Positions 10,129-16,743 of a DNA stretch of 22,046 bases are shown here, in pieces. The stretch comes from Breznakia sp. PF5-3. Its GTDB lineage: Bacteria; Bacillota_I; Bacilli_A; Erysipelotrichales; Erysipelotrichaceae. Where the stretch lies: the NCBI RefSeq assembly GCF_029504745.1, contig NZ_JAQFIQ010000039.1, positions 1-22,046 on the forward strand, given 5' to 3'. Under the pieces are notes generated by a model. The model was not told where the DNA came from and did not search any database. It saw only the letters and a list, made by a program, of their open reading frames with translations. The translations under genes and the position numbers were made by a program. Position 1 is the first letter of the stretch, and the number at the start of each line of letters is the position of its first letter.

Positions 10129-10386
10129 CTATATATCACTCTTTATTTGTATTATTTCTTCCGCAACAGATAAAACTTTTCTCTCATCTATCTTGTATAG
10201 CGAAATTCCAAAATATTTGATGAATACTTCACCAATATATTGTGCGAGTTTAATTGAATCAACTCTTTTATTGAGTATTAGCCATTCTACTATTTTTTCT
10301 ATTTCTGGTTCATATTCATCCTCTAAAAGAGGCTGTATTTCAATTGGATTCCAATTATTTATTATTTGTGTAATTTGATTTTTCAT
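10129..10386 (-). CDS. DUF1871-like small protein
   Basis: SD AGGAGG lies 5 nt before the ATG. The pattern IINNWNPIEI....EDEYEPEIEKIV resembles DUF1871 from memory. Confidence 0.6.
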   Translation of the reverse strand: MKNQITQIINNWNPIEIQPLLEDEYEPEIEKIVEWLILNKRVDSIKLAQYIGEVFIKYFGISLYKIDERKVLSVAEEIIQIKSDI

Positions 10387-10718
10387 ACATCCTCCTTTTA
10401 TCTGCGTATATGCTGATTTTCTAACTATAATTCAGCCTAATATCTTCTTCCCAAATATCCTGTAATAAATCATTTTCAGTCATGTCATTATTCTTTTACT
10501 TACCTAATGGAATATAAAGTCTTCTAAGTCTACAGTAACTTTTAAATTATAATCACATCTTAAATCCTATATATTCAACTTCATCTTAAGCACGAAGTTG
10601 CGTGCCAATCACTTGTGTTTGTTTTTCTTTTTAAACTCTAATTTAGACGAAATACACCATAATTCTTCCTTAACATTATGTGTCAATTTGCTCTATCCTT
10701 ACGCTTAATTTCTTACTG

Positions 10719-11175
10719 TTAATTATCAGACTCACAAGTGAATCCAGATTTTTTTAAAGAATCAATAAACTCTTTTTCATTTTCCAAATTTCCAGTGGAA
10801 ATAATCAATGAATAATGTCGTGTTTGAAACGGATTATAATCTTTAGATATTTCAAAATCGTATGAAATAATAAGTTTATAATCCTCTTCTTGTTCTATAA
10901 ACTCTATCGTTTGTCCTTTTTGACTTTCATAGTTTTTGATATCTTCATTCATTTCTTCAAGAAATTTGCTTTTTTCTACCGCAACCTTATCATAAGGTTG
11001 TCTCCATGTTTCAATCATCTTACTTAGTTTTGAATTTTTATATGTTAAATTCAAACTAATTTCTGCTATATCATTGCTTTGTGAACATACATAATTGATT
11101 TCTGATTTTTCCCATATTTTTTTTATCGTTACAGCCACTAATAATAAGCATAAATATTATTATATATTTTTTCAT
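10719..11175 (-). pseudogene. Lipoprotein gene with a frameshift at an A8 run
   Basis: The ATG at 11175 gives MKKYIIIFMLIISGCNDKK (lipobox ISGC). This frame dies shortly after the run at 11117..11124. One base fewer would join it to the 139-aa track ORF (..IWEKSEINYV). Confidence 0.6.
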
Positions 11176-11391
11176 TTTATCCCTTTCTTATTTATAATCT
11201 AAAAATCCATTACTTTTAGTATATCATGCTATATAATTAACTGCCTTAGTTGGATTATACATTTTTGTTATTTATTCAGTTGATTATCATCATACGTATA
11301 CACTTTCATTATTTCCATCTTCTTTTACCTTATTCTTTCAATTTTCGTTTTCATTAAGTAGAATGGTTGATATTTAAAAAAAGAATTTTGG

Positions 11392-11892
11392 TTATTCTAA
11401 TTTCAATAATTCTTCTTTAAATTCTGTATCTTTCTTCATTTTTATATACCATAAAGTAGTTTTTCCATACATTGAAGTATCTACCGTTTTTTGCTTTAAA
11501 TGTATGTGATCTCCTTGGTAATTTACTGATACTTCCCCTAAATATAATCCAAATTCATATTCATAACGATCATGTGTTATGATTCCAGTATGCATATTTT
11601 TTTCTTCAGAAACAATTGGTGCATAACTTGAATAAATAATTCCCTTACTATCGTACAATGCAAAAATTGATAGGCTTTCATTTTTTTTCTGAACTATTTC
11701 TAAGTAAAAATTATTATCCGTCATAGAATCTATCATTTTATTATATTCAACATCATCAAAATCTCTCGTTAATTCATTAAATTCTGTTTCTACATATTGA
11801 CTAAGCCCCTGACTTTCATCATTAGATGTAGTAAAAATAGATACGATAATTAACAATAAAACTATTACAATAAATCTCTTCTTTAATTGCAT
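11392..11892 (-). CDS. Secreted or signal-anchored protein
   Basis: SD AGGAAGGA is present. The N-terminus MQLKKRFIVIVLLLIIVSIFTTSND is hydrophobic and has no lipobox Cys. Confidence 0.7.
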   Translation of the reverse strand: MQLKKRFIVIVLLLIIVSIFTTSNDESQGLSQYVETEFNELTRDFDDVEYNKMIDSMTDNNFYLEIVQKKNESLSIFALYDSKGIIYSSYAPIVSEEKNMHTGIITHDRYEYEFGLYLGEVSVNYQGDHIHLKQKTVDTSMYGKTTLWYIKMKKDTEFKEELLKLE

Positions 11893-11933
11893 ATTAATAT
11901 TTCCTTCCTATACAAAACTATATTTTTCTACTC

Positions 11934-12197
11934 TTACAATTTAGAGTTTTGCTGTATATTCCCTTTCACGTATCTTTCAAGATCACTTTTTATAATAGAA
12001 GAGTCTACTAGCATAATTTCTTCTTTTTTTACAGGAAAAACCTTACCAGTTGGATAAGCATCATTTTGAATAAATTCTATTTCAAAATTATCTTCATCAT
12101 ATATTTCTACTATTATTCCAAATGTTCCTTTTAGTACACCGATTGGTACATATTTATTTGTAATCAGTTGAATTGTATCATATAGCTTATATTTCAT
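11934..12197 (-). CDS. DUF4926-like small protein
   Basis: SD AAAGGAAG is present. The pattern KLYDTIQL....GVLKGTFGIIVEIYDEDNFEIEF resembles DUF4926 from memory. It lies directly 3' of a relic junction box. Confidence 0.6.
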   Translation of the reverse strand: MKYKLYDTIQLITNKYVPIGVLKGTFGIIVEIYDEDNFEIEFIQNDAYPTGKVFPVKKEEIMLVDSSIIKSDLERYVKGNIQQNSKL

Positions 12198-12220
12198 TTT
12201 CTATCTTCCTTTCTAAAATA

Positions 12221-12240
12221 TCTACCCAGTCCAAGACAAC
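12221..12240 (-). repeat. Relic junction box with no toxin module behind it
   Basis: The minus strand reads AAATTAAGTTGTCTTGGACTGGGTAGATA. The 15138 copy has AAATTATTTTGTCTTGGATAGGGTTCGGATA. This relic runs straight into the SD of 11934..12197. Confidence 0.5.
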
Positions 12241-12247
12241 TTAATTT

Positions 12248-12592
12248 CTAATTATCAATCCACTTTTCCCTTGAAATCATTTGGCTTTCTTTATTTTTCA
12301 TTTGTTTTAATTTTTTGATTGCTAACTCTTTAATTTCATCAATTATTTCATTTAACTTATGAGGAATTAAGGATTCGTAATCTTCTAATTCCAACCCCAT
12401 ACTTATCAACTCTATAATATCTCTATCAATATCTAATTTTTTCAAAATAGAAATACTGTAGGGTGTAAATAAAGCAACTTCAGCATCTGTTATTGTAATG
12501 CACTCATGGCTCAAGGATTCCATGAGTCCAATAATATTAATTAATAAAAATTGTTGCACATCATTATATTCTTCTAAACTTATTTTTAACAT
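12248..12592 (-). CDS. Candidate immunity protein for orphan toxin 12628..12918
   Basis: This is a 114-aa ORF with SD AAGGAGG 5 nt before the ATG, 35 nt after the toxin stop. Confidence 0.65.
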   Translation of the reverse strand: MLKISLEEYNDVQQFLLINIIGLMESLSHECITITDAEVALFTPYSISILKKLDIDRDIIELISMGLELEDYESLIPHKLNEIIDEIKELAIKKLKQMKNKESQMISREKWIDN

Positions 12593-12627
12593 TGTTCCTC
12601 CTTATGGATTACTCCAAAAATATCCTC

Positions 12628-12918
12628 TTATTTTAAAATCAAAATTATTCCAGACCCACTTTGAAAATAGTGAAGTGTTATTTTTTCGTCAGATAAAGTA
12701 TATCCATCTTTATACACTTTATAGCGCTCCCCAGATTCTATTTGTCTCAAATAATTTAGTAGCTCTTTGTTATTAATTGTATTTTTGGTAGTTCCACTTT
12801 GTCTGTTTTGAAATCCTTCTGGATAATTTGGTGCATCCTTAATTGATTTATCTGTTTTCTTATTCGAATCCTGATCCAAATTATATATTTTAAATGGACT
12901 ATTGTTTTGTAACTCCTT
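12628..12918 (-). CDS. Orphan toxin C-terminal module (KVYKDGY...HYFQSGSG type), no ATG
   Basis: The frame is open from 12918, and the track calls it from a TTG inside the junction box (12879). The sequence PNYPEGF...ERYKVYKDGYTLSDEKITLHYFQSGSG resembles the C-terminal ends of Firmicute polymorphic toxins as I recall them. Confidence 0.55.
   Translation of the reverse strand, partial: KELQNNSPFKIYNLDQDSNKKTDKSIKDAPNYPEGFQNRQSGTTKNTINNKELLNYLRQIESGERYKVYKDGYTLSDEKITLHYFQSGSGIILILK
12859..12879 (-). repeat. Junction box, in-frame variant with one extra base
   Basis: The minus strand reads TTGGATCAGGATTCGAATAAG, translated as L-D-Q-D-S-N-K. Confidence 0.7.
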
Positions 12919-12954
12919 TTAGAAAAATATCTAATATTTCGGTATCTCTACATA

Positions 12955-13371
12955 CTATGAATTATACACATACATATCAAAATCAAAATCCGCCTGAACT
13001 TCATTGGCAAAAGATATAACTCTTTTTGATAAATATATTGATGGGTTTTGCTCATCCCATGTTTCAACAGCTATGATAAAATTACATTCTACATTTAATT
13101 CCTTTTTAAGTTCATTTATGATAACCGTCTTACTTTCAATCTTATTTATTATTTTCGTTATTTCCTCACCAATATCTAGTGTTTCTATAAACTCTCCTCC
13201 TAGAATCCAAGCACTACACTTTCTTTTTGCGTTTCGATTTTCAATAAAATCTCCTGTCTTCCATATTTTATCGGGTACTAGATTTAATTTATCACTAATT
13301 AACTGAGGATCAAATTTATCTCCACGAATTTCGAATTTAATCCTTGCATTTGTTTTTTTTAAATATTCCAT
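12955..13371 (-). CDS. DUF4279-like protein
   Basis: SD GGAGG is present. The patterns IKFEIRGDKFDPQLISDKLNLVP and ADFDFDMYVY fit the DUF4279 pattern from memory. Confidence 0.7.
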   Translation of the reverse strand: MEYLKKTNARIKFEIRGDKFDPQLISDKLNLVPDKIWKTGDFIENRNAKRKCSAWILGGEFIETLDIGEEITKIINKIESKTVIINELKKELNVECNFIIAVETWDEQNPSIYLSKRVISFANEVQADFDFDMYVYNS

Positions 13372-13431
13372 TCATAGCCTCCATCTTATTCAATATATTA
13401 CTTTTTTAAGAAAAAATACCTCTGTTAGAAT

Positions 13432-13465
13432 AAAAACGACACTTCCGGCTTCACGCAGAAGTCTA
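13432..13465 (-). terminator. Candidate Rho-independent terminator
   Basis: The minus strand reads ACTTCTG-cgtgaagc-CGGAAGT (7-bp stem with one G-U pair), then GTCGTTTTTATT. It is one of the few GC-rich patches in the window. Confidence 0.4.
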
Positions 13466-13601
13466 TAATTGAGCATCAAATTTATCCTTATAAATATTAT
13501 ATTTTGATATCTCTTTCTTTACGTAATCTGCTTTAAATTAATGTGAATCATATCATTACCCTTTAAGTATTTGTCACTTATTTATTTTTGATTTTTTGGT
13601 C

Positions 13602-13624
13602 CATTATCCCAACCCTATCTAAAA
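13602..13624 (-). repeat. Junction box (variant)
   Basis: The minus strand reads TTTTAGATAGGGTTGGGATAATG, followed only by decayed sequence. Confidence 0.7.
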
Positions 13625-13638
13625 ATCATCATTATTAA

Positions 13639-14124
13639 TTATATTATCGTATAGCCTATCGGTTGATCAAACTTTTCCAACTCCTCTGAAATCCATAATG
13701 CTTCATCCTCTCTTACCTTATGAAAACGTAATGTTGTGTATGGCGGCTCACAACTTATAATAAAACAAAATTCTGATTTCATATCAATTTTTTTTAACTT
13801 TAAACTCCAATTATCTATTAATAATAGAGCAATTTCTAATGATTCATCTACAGTAATATCATTTTCAATATAATCATTTACCCTTATCTCATTATTATTT
13901 GCTTCAAAACCTGTTTTGTCATTATAAATTTTTAATAATCTATTAAAATCATCAATGCTTAAATTAATATTTTGATTTTTAAAAACTATACAACCATATA
14001 TGTTTTCAAATCTGGGATTAAATAATTTTTTAAGATTATCCATTTTCATATTAATCAAATAAGCATCCTCAACCTTATGATTTATGTTAGCTAATATACT
14101 TCTAAATTTTTTATTACTTTTCAT
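13639..14124 (-). CDS. Candidate immunity protein
   Basis: The track ORF starts at a GTG (14133). The ATG at 14124 follows AAAGGTGA by 6 nt, and the SD overlaps the stop of the toxin fragment. Confidence 0.65.
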   Translation of the reverse strand: MKSNKKFRSILANINHKVEDAYLINMKMDNLKKLFNPRFENIYGCIVFKNQNINLSIDDFNRLLKIYNDKTGFEANNNEIRVNDYIENDITVDESLEIALLLIDNWSLKLKKIDMKSEFCFIISCEPPYTTLRFHKVREDEALWISEELEKFDQPIGYTII

Positions 14125-14135
14125 TTTATTCACCT

Positions 14136-14264
14136 TTAATATCCTAAATATTTTAATCCTTTTTCAATTGCATTTTTAATCCATGATTCTGTTAATAATT
14201 TATTGATTTTGGGAAGAGTTCTAATAAAGGTACTATTTTCACCTATTTTCTTATCCGACCCTGT
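14136..14264 (-). pseudogene. Short orphan toxin-CT fragment (42 codons) behind a junction box
   Basis: The frame TGSDKKIGENSTFIRTLPKINKLLTESWIKNAIEKGLKYLGY opens inside the box. It has no start codon and stops 11 nt before the immunity ATG. Confidence 0.4.
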
Positions 14265-14269
14265 CTAAA
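14250..14269 (-). repeat. Junction box (variant)
   Basis: The minus strand reads TTTAGACAGGGTCGGATAAG. Confidence 0.75.
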
Positions 14270-14288
14270 TAAACTTAATATTAAAAAT

Positions 14289-14314
14289 AAACATCTCATT
14301 GTAACAAAGTGTTC
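14289..14314 (-). repeat. Conserved post-immunity hairpin element (weakest copy)
   Basis: The minus strand reads GAACACTTtgttacaatGAGATGTTT followed by ATTTTT. It is homologous in sequence to the other two copies, but its stem is imperfect. Confidence 0.4.
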
Positions 14315-14337
14315 ATTTTTAGTTGTTTCACTATTTA

Positions 14338-14895
14338 TTACCAGTTTATTGTATCACTCCAAAATTTTATATGTTCAATTTTTTCAAATTTAATTCCGTT
14401 ATATTCTTTTATTCCAAATTCAATTTCTAAATATTGAAACAAATTTTTTCCATAGTAGATAATGTCTAAACCCATTATTGAAAAAATTGGAGGAGTTCCG
14501 TTTGTTACTGGAATGTATCTATGTATGTAGACTGGAATCAACTTAGGAGCTTCTTTAAGAAGCAATTCAATTTTTTTCTTCAATTCTTGATCAGTTTCAG
14601 GCCGTATTCCCCAGCCTTTTGGCCAATAATCAATTTCATCGCAATAGTTTATTATATCAATGAATGGAATATTCATTTTTTCTTTTATACGGTTAATATT
14701 TTCAGGTGTTAGATCTCTCCAATTGTAAAATCCTTTACTAACAGGGAGTCCTATTTTTAAAAATTCTATATATTCAATAGGAAAGGTAATATTATAAATC
14801 TTCTCAATTTCAATAATTTCTTGATTAGATAATCCTTTTTCAAATGCAACCCCCTTTTTAACCAGCTCTTTTTTTAACAATTTTAAATTTTGCAT
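14338..14895 (-). CDS. SUKH / SMI1-KNR4-like immunity protein
   Basis: SD GAGGTGA is present. LSNQEIIEIEKIYNITFPIEYIEFLK fits the SMI1/KNR4 N-terminal pattern from memory. Confidence 0.7.
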   Translation of the reverse strand: MQNLKLLKKELVKKGVAFEKGLSNQEIIEIEKIYNITFPIEYIEFLKIGLPVSKGFYNWRDLTPENINRIKEKMNIPFIDIINYCDEIDYWPKGWGIRPETDQELKKKIELLLKEAPKLIPVYIHRYIPVTNGTPPIFSIMGLDIIYYGKNLFQYLEIEFGIKEYNGIKFEKIEHIKFWSDTINW

Positions 14896-14950
14896 TTCTC
14901 ACCTCTGTCTATTTTATTCTAATAAATGTTCTGTAATGATCTGGTGTATA

Positions 14951-15149
14951 CTAAATCGAACCATCACCGCTCATAACCTCTTTTTCTAAGCCTATCTCTG
15001 CATTAGAATCGCTTGGATATAAATCATATTCTTTGTAATACCATTTGGAAATATCTATCTCTTTTTTGAAAAGTTTTATTGCCTTTATACCCATCTGATG
15101 GATTTCTATTTCTATTGCGGATTTTATCATTCAGTTTCTTATCCGAACC
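14951..15149 (-). pseudogene. Orphan toxin-CT module, frameshifted
   Basis: The box frame gives GSDKKLNDKIRNRNRNPSDGYKGNKTFQK, which then runs out of frame. The continuation EIDISKWYYKEYDLYPSDSNAEIGLEKEVMSGDGSI lies in another frame, and the switch maps to T6 at 15062..15067. Confidence 0.45.
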
Positions 15150-15158
15150 CTATCCAAG
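15138..15158 (-). repeat. Junction box
   Basis: The minus strand reads CTTGGATAGGGTTCGGATAAG. Confidence 0.85.
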
Positions 15159-15174
15159 ACAAAATAATTTATAT

Positions 15175-15683
15175 CTACATTATATCGACAAACAAACCTA
15201 ATTCTTCAATTTTTTTTATGCTATCCTTTTTTAAATAATTGCATACACAATACATATAATAATCATAGCCAAATTGAATTTTAAATTTCTTATCAATATC
15301 TACAAGTTCACACCATATTGATTCTCGCAAAATTAGAGTAGCAAATATCAGTGCTTCGTCTAAATCTAAAATCATTTCATTTTTTGCATCTATAAATATT
15401 TTTTTTGCTTTCAAATAAGGCATATCAAATAAATTTTTCTCAATTTCTTCAAAAGAAACATATTTCTCCATTTTTTTACAACAATATTCTTACAATTAAA
15501 GGTTTTAAAAATAATATTAATTGAATCCAAATAATTTTTTTCCATTCCTAAATATGTATCTAAACTTAATTTAGTTCCATTGAAAACTTTTCCAATCTCT
15601 CCTACCGAAATCCAATCATCTACAGTATATGCCCCGTTATCAGCTCTATACTCAGGATTATATTTTGTTATTCTAAATCTCAT
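15175..15683 (-). pseudogene. Candidate immunity gene split by a frameshift (track ORFs 15411..15716 and 15175..15471)
   Basis: The ATG at 15683 follows AAAGGA. MRFRITKYNPEYRADNGAYTVDDW is a family I have seen in Bacillus-type genomes. The two overlapping ORFs join as ..NIVVKKMEKYVSF if the run at 15471..15477 gains one base. Confidence 0.6.
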
Positions 15684-15705
15684 TTTGTTATCCTTTCTTT
15701 TATCA

Positions 15706-15941
15706 TTATGGCGCAATCCAATTTAAAAACTCATCATAGGTTCCCATCCTAGTATTTACACTTCCTAAAACCTTGATGGAACTTGCCATTTCCATGTTCC
15801 ACCACTATGTATATCTGCATCTGGGTTTATATACTTATTTCCTTTTTTGAATATTTTTTGACCATAAGAATATTGATTCGTATCCTTATATTCAAGTTTT
15901 TCTGTTGCTTCTTTATTGGTCATTAACTTCTTATCCGAACA
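15706..15941 (-). pseudogene. Orphan toxin-CT module (HSGGTWK...RMGTYDEFL type), frameshifted
   Basis: The frame opens in the box (CSDKKL) and has an ATG at 15923. It reads ..NPDADIHSGGTWKW and then stops at 15765. ASSIKVLGSVNTRMGTYDEFLNWIAP continues in another frame to 15706, and the switch maps to the AAA at 15789..15791. Confidence 0.55.
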
Positions 15942-15950
15942 CTATCCAAG
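15930..15950 (-). repeat. Junction box
   Basis: The minus strand reads CTTGGATAGTGTTCGGATAAG. Confidence 0.85.
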
Positions 15951-15976
15951 AATTTGATTTCATAATATACAAAATT

Positions 15977-16002
15977 AGACACTCCTCTATTGAAAAGTAC
16001 CT
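15977..16002 (-). repeat. Conserved post-immunity hairpin element
   Basis: The minus strand reads AGGTACT-tttcaatagagg-AGTGTCT. The stem holds only if G-U pairs are allowed. It lies 14 nt after the stop of 16016..16354 and 26 nt before the box. Confidence 0.45.
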
Positions 16003-16015
16003 AATTTTTTATAAA

Positions 16016-16354
16016 TTAAATGCCAAAATGAATTATATATTTTTTTTCTTTTATAGCTTCTTCAATCAATTCTATTAGTTTTTTCACTTCACTTTTATTC
16101 TCATCTTTTATTACAACATTTAAGAATTCCAAAAGTGATTTTGGTGGAATAAGTGTTACTCCATAACGTGCCAACCCTTCATTAGGCCTATTTAAGTTAT
16201 GCCAAAACGTTGGTATTTTTTCCAAGTTGGAAACCCATTCATTAACAAAATCATCTGAAATTTTTATAACGTCATAATTTTTTGAACTTTTCATACCATA
16301 ATCAATATTATTTTCGATATTTGCTATAATTGCAAATTTATTGTATGGTCCCAT
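16016..16354 (-). CDS. Candidate immunity protein
   Basis: This is a 112-aa ORF with SD AAGGAG, and its ATG lies 18 nt after the toxin stop. Confidence 0.7.
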   Translation of the reverse strand: MGPYNKFAIIANIENNIDYGMKSSKNYDVIKISDDFVNEWVSNLEKIPTFWHNLNRPNEGLARYGVTLIPPKSLLEFLNVVIKDENKSEVKKLIELIEEAIKEKKYIIHFGI

Positions 16355-16372
16355 AATTTATTGTCTCCTTAC

Positions 16373-16642
16373 TTATTGTGCTCCAAATGATACTATTGAA
16401 CCATCTGGTGCTATATCAATATACTTTCCATTTTTCTTGTATCTAATAACTCCTTCTACAAATCCATCAACTTTTGACTTCGTGGCTCCCTTCAAAATCT
16501 TTGAGAATTCCACTGCTTTATTTAAATAATTTTGCTTACTTGCTGCGTCCACTTCTGCACCATGCTCGGTATAATGGTAATCTAAAGAGGATTGTAAGCT
16601 ATCAAAACTCCCTTTACTCCAATGACTATCCGCAGAATATGA
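16373..16642 (-). CDS. Orphan toxin-CT module (putative RNase-like), no start codon
   Basis: This is an 89-codon open frame: SYSADSHWSKGSFDSLQSSLDYHYTEHGAEVDAASKQNYLNKAVEF...YIDIAPDGSIVSFGAQ. It has no ATG or SD and is out of frame with its junction box. Confidence 0.55.
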   Translation of the reverse strand, partial: SYSADSHWSKGSFDSLQSSLDYHYTEHGAEVDAASKQNYLNKAVEFSKILKGATKSKVDGFVEGVIRYKKNGKYIDIAPDGSIVSFGAQ

Positions 16643-16664
16643 TTATTTTCGAACCTGTCTAAAA
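16643..16664 (-). repeat. Junction box (variant)
   Basis: The minus strand reads TTTTAGACAGGTTCGAAAATAA. Confidence 0.65.
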
Positions 16665-16690
16665 TTTTGGTTTCAAATTATCTAAACATT

Positions 16691-16716
16691 GGACACTCAC
16701 CCATAAAAAGTGTTCC
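16691..16716 (-). repeat. Conserved post-immunity hairpin element (possible weak terminator or RNA stabiliser)
   Basis: The minus strand reads GGAACACT-ttttatgggtg-AGTGTCC. It starts 28 nt after the stop of 16744..17757 and lies 26 nt before the junction box. Confidence 0.5.
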
Positions 16717-16743
16717 ATACTACGTTACTTTACAAGTATAACT

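Noticed and set aside
10590-10605. GC-rich hairpin GCACG-aagttg-CGTGC in the long 10387..10718 spacer, as a possible terminator or RNA gene.
   Set aside because: The stem is only 5 bp. The T-rich tract follows on the plus strand, where there are no genes, and the minus-strand version has no U-tract. I cannot support an RNA gene.
15125-15158. A mini-ORF starting at the TTG of the box (M-D-R-V-R-I-R-N/S-stop) whose stop overlaps an ATG (TGAATG at the 15138 copy, TAATG at the 15930 copy), as a coupled leader peptide.
   Set aside because: There is no SD upstream of the TTG. The arrangement is absent from the other copies. In the 15138 copy the ATG is in a different frame from the conserved GSDKK frame.
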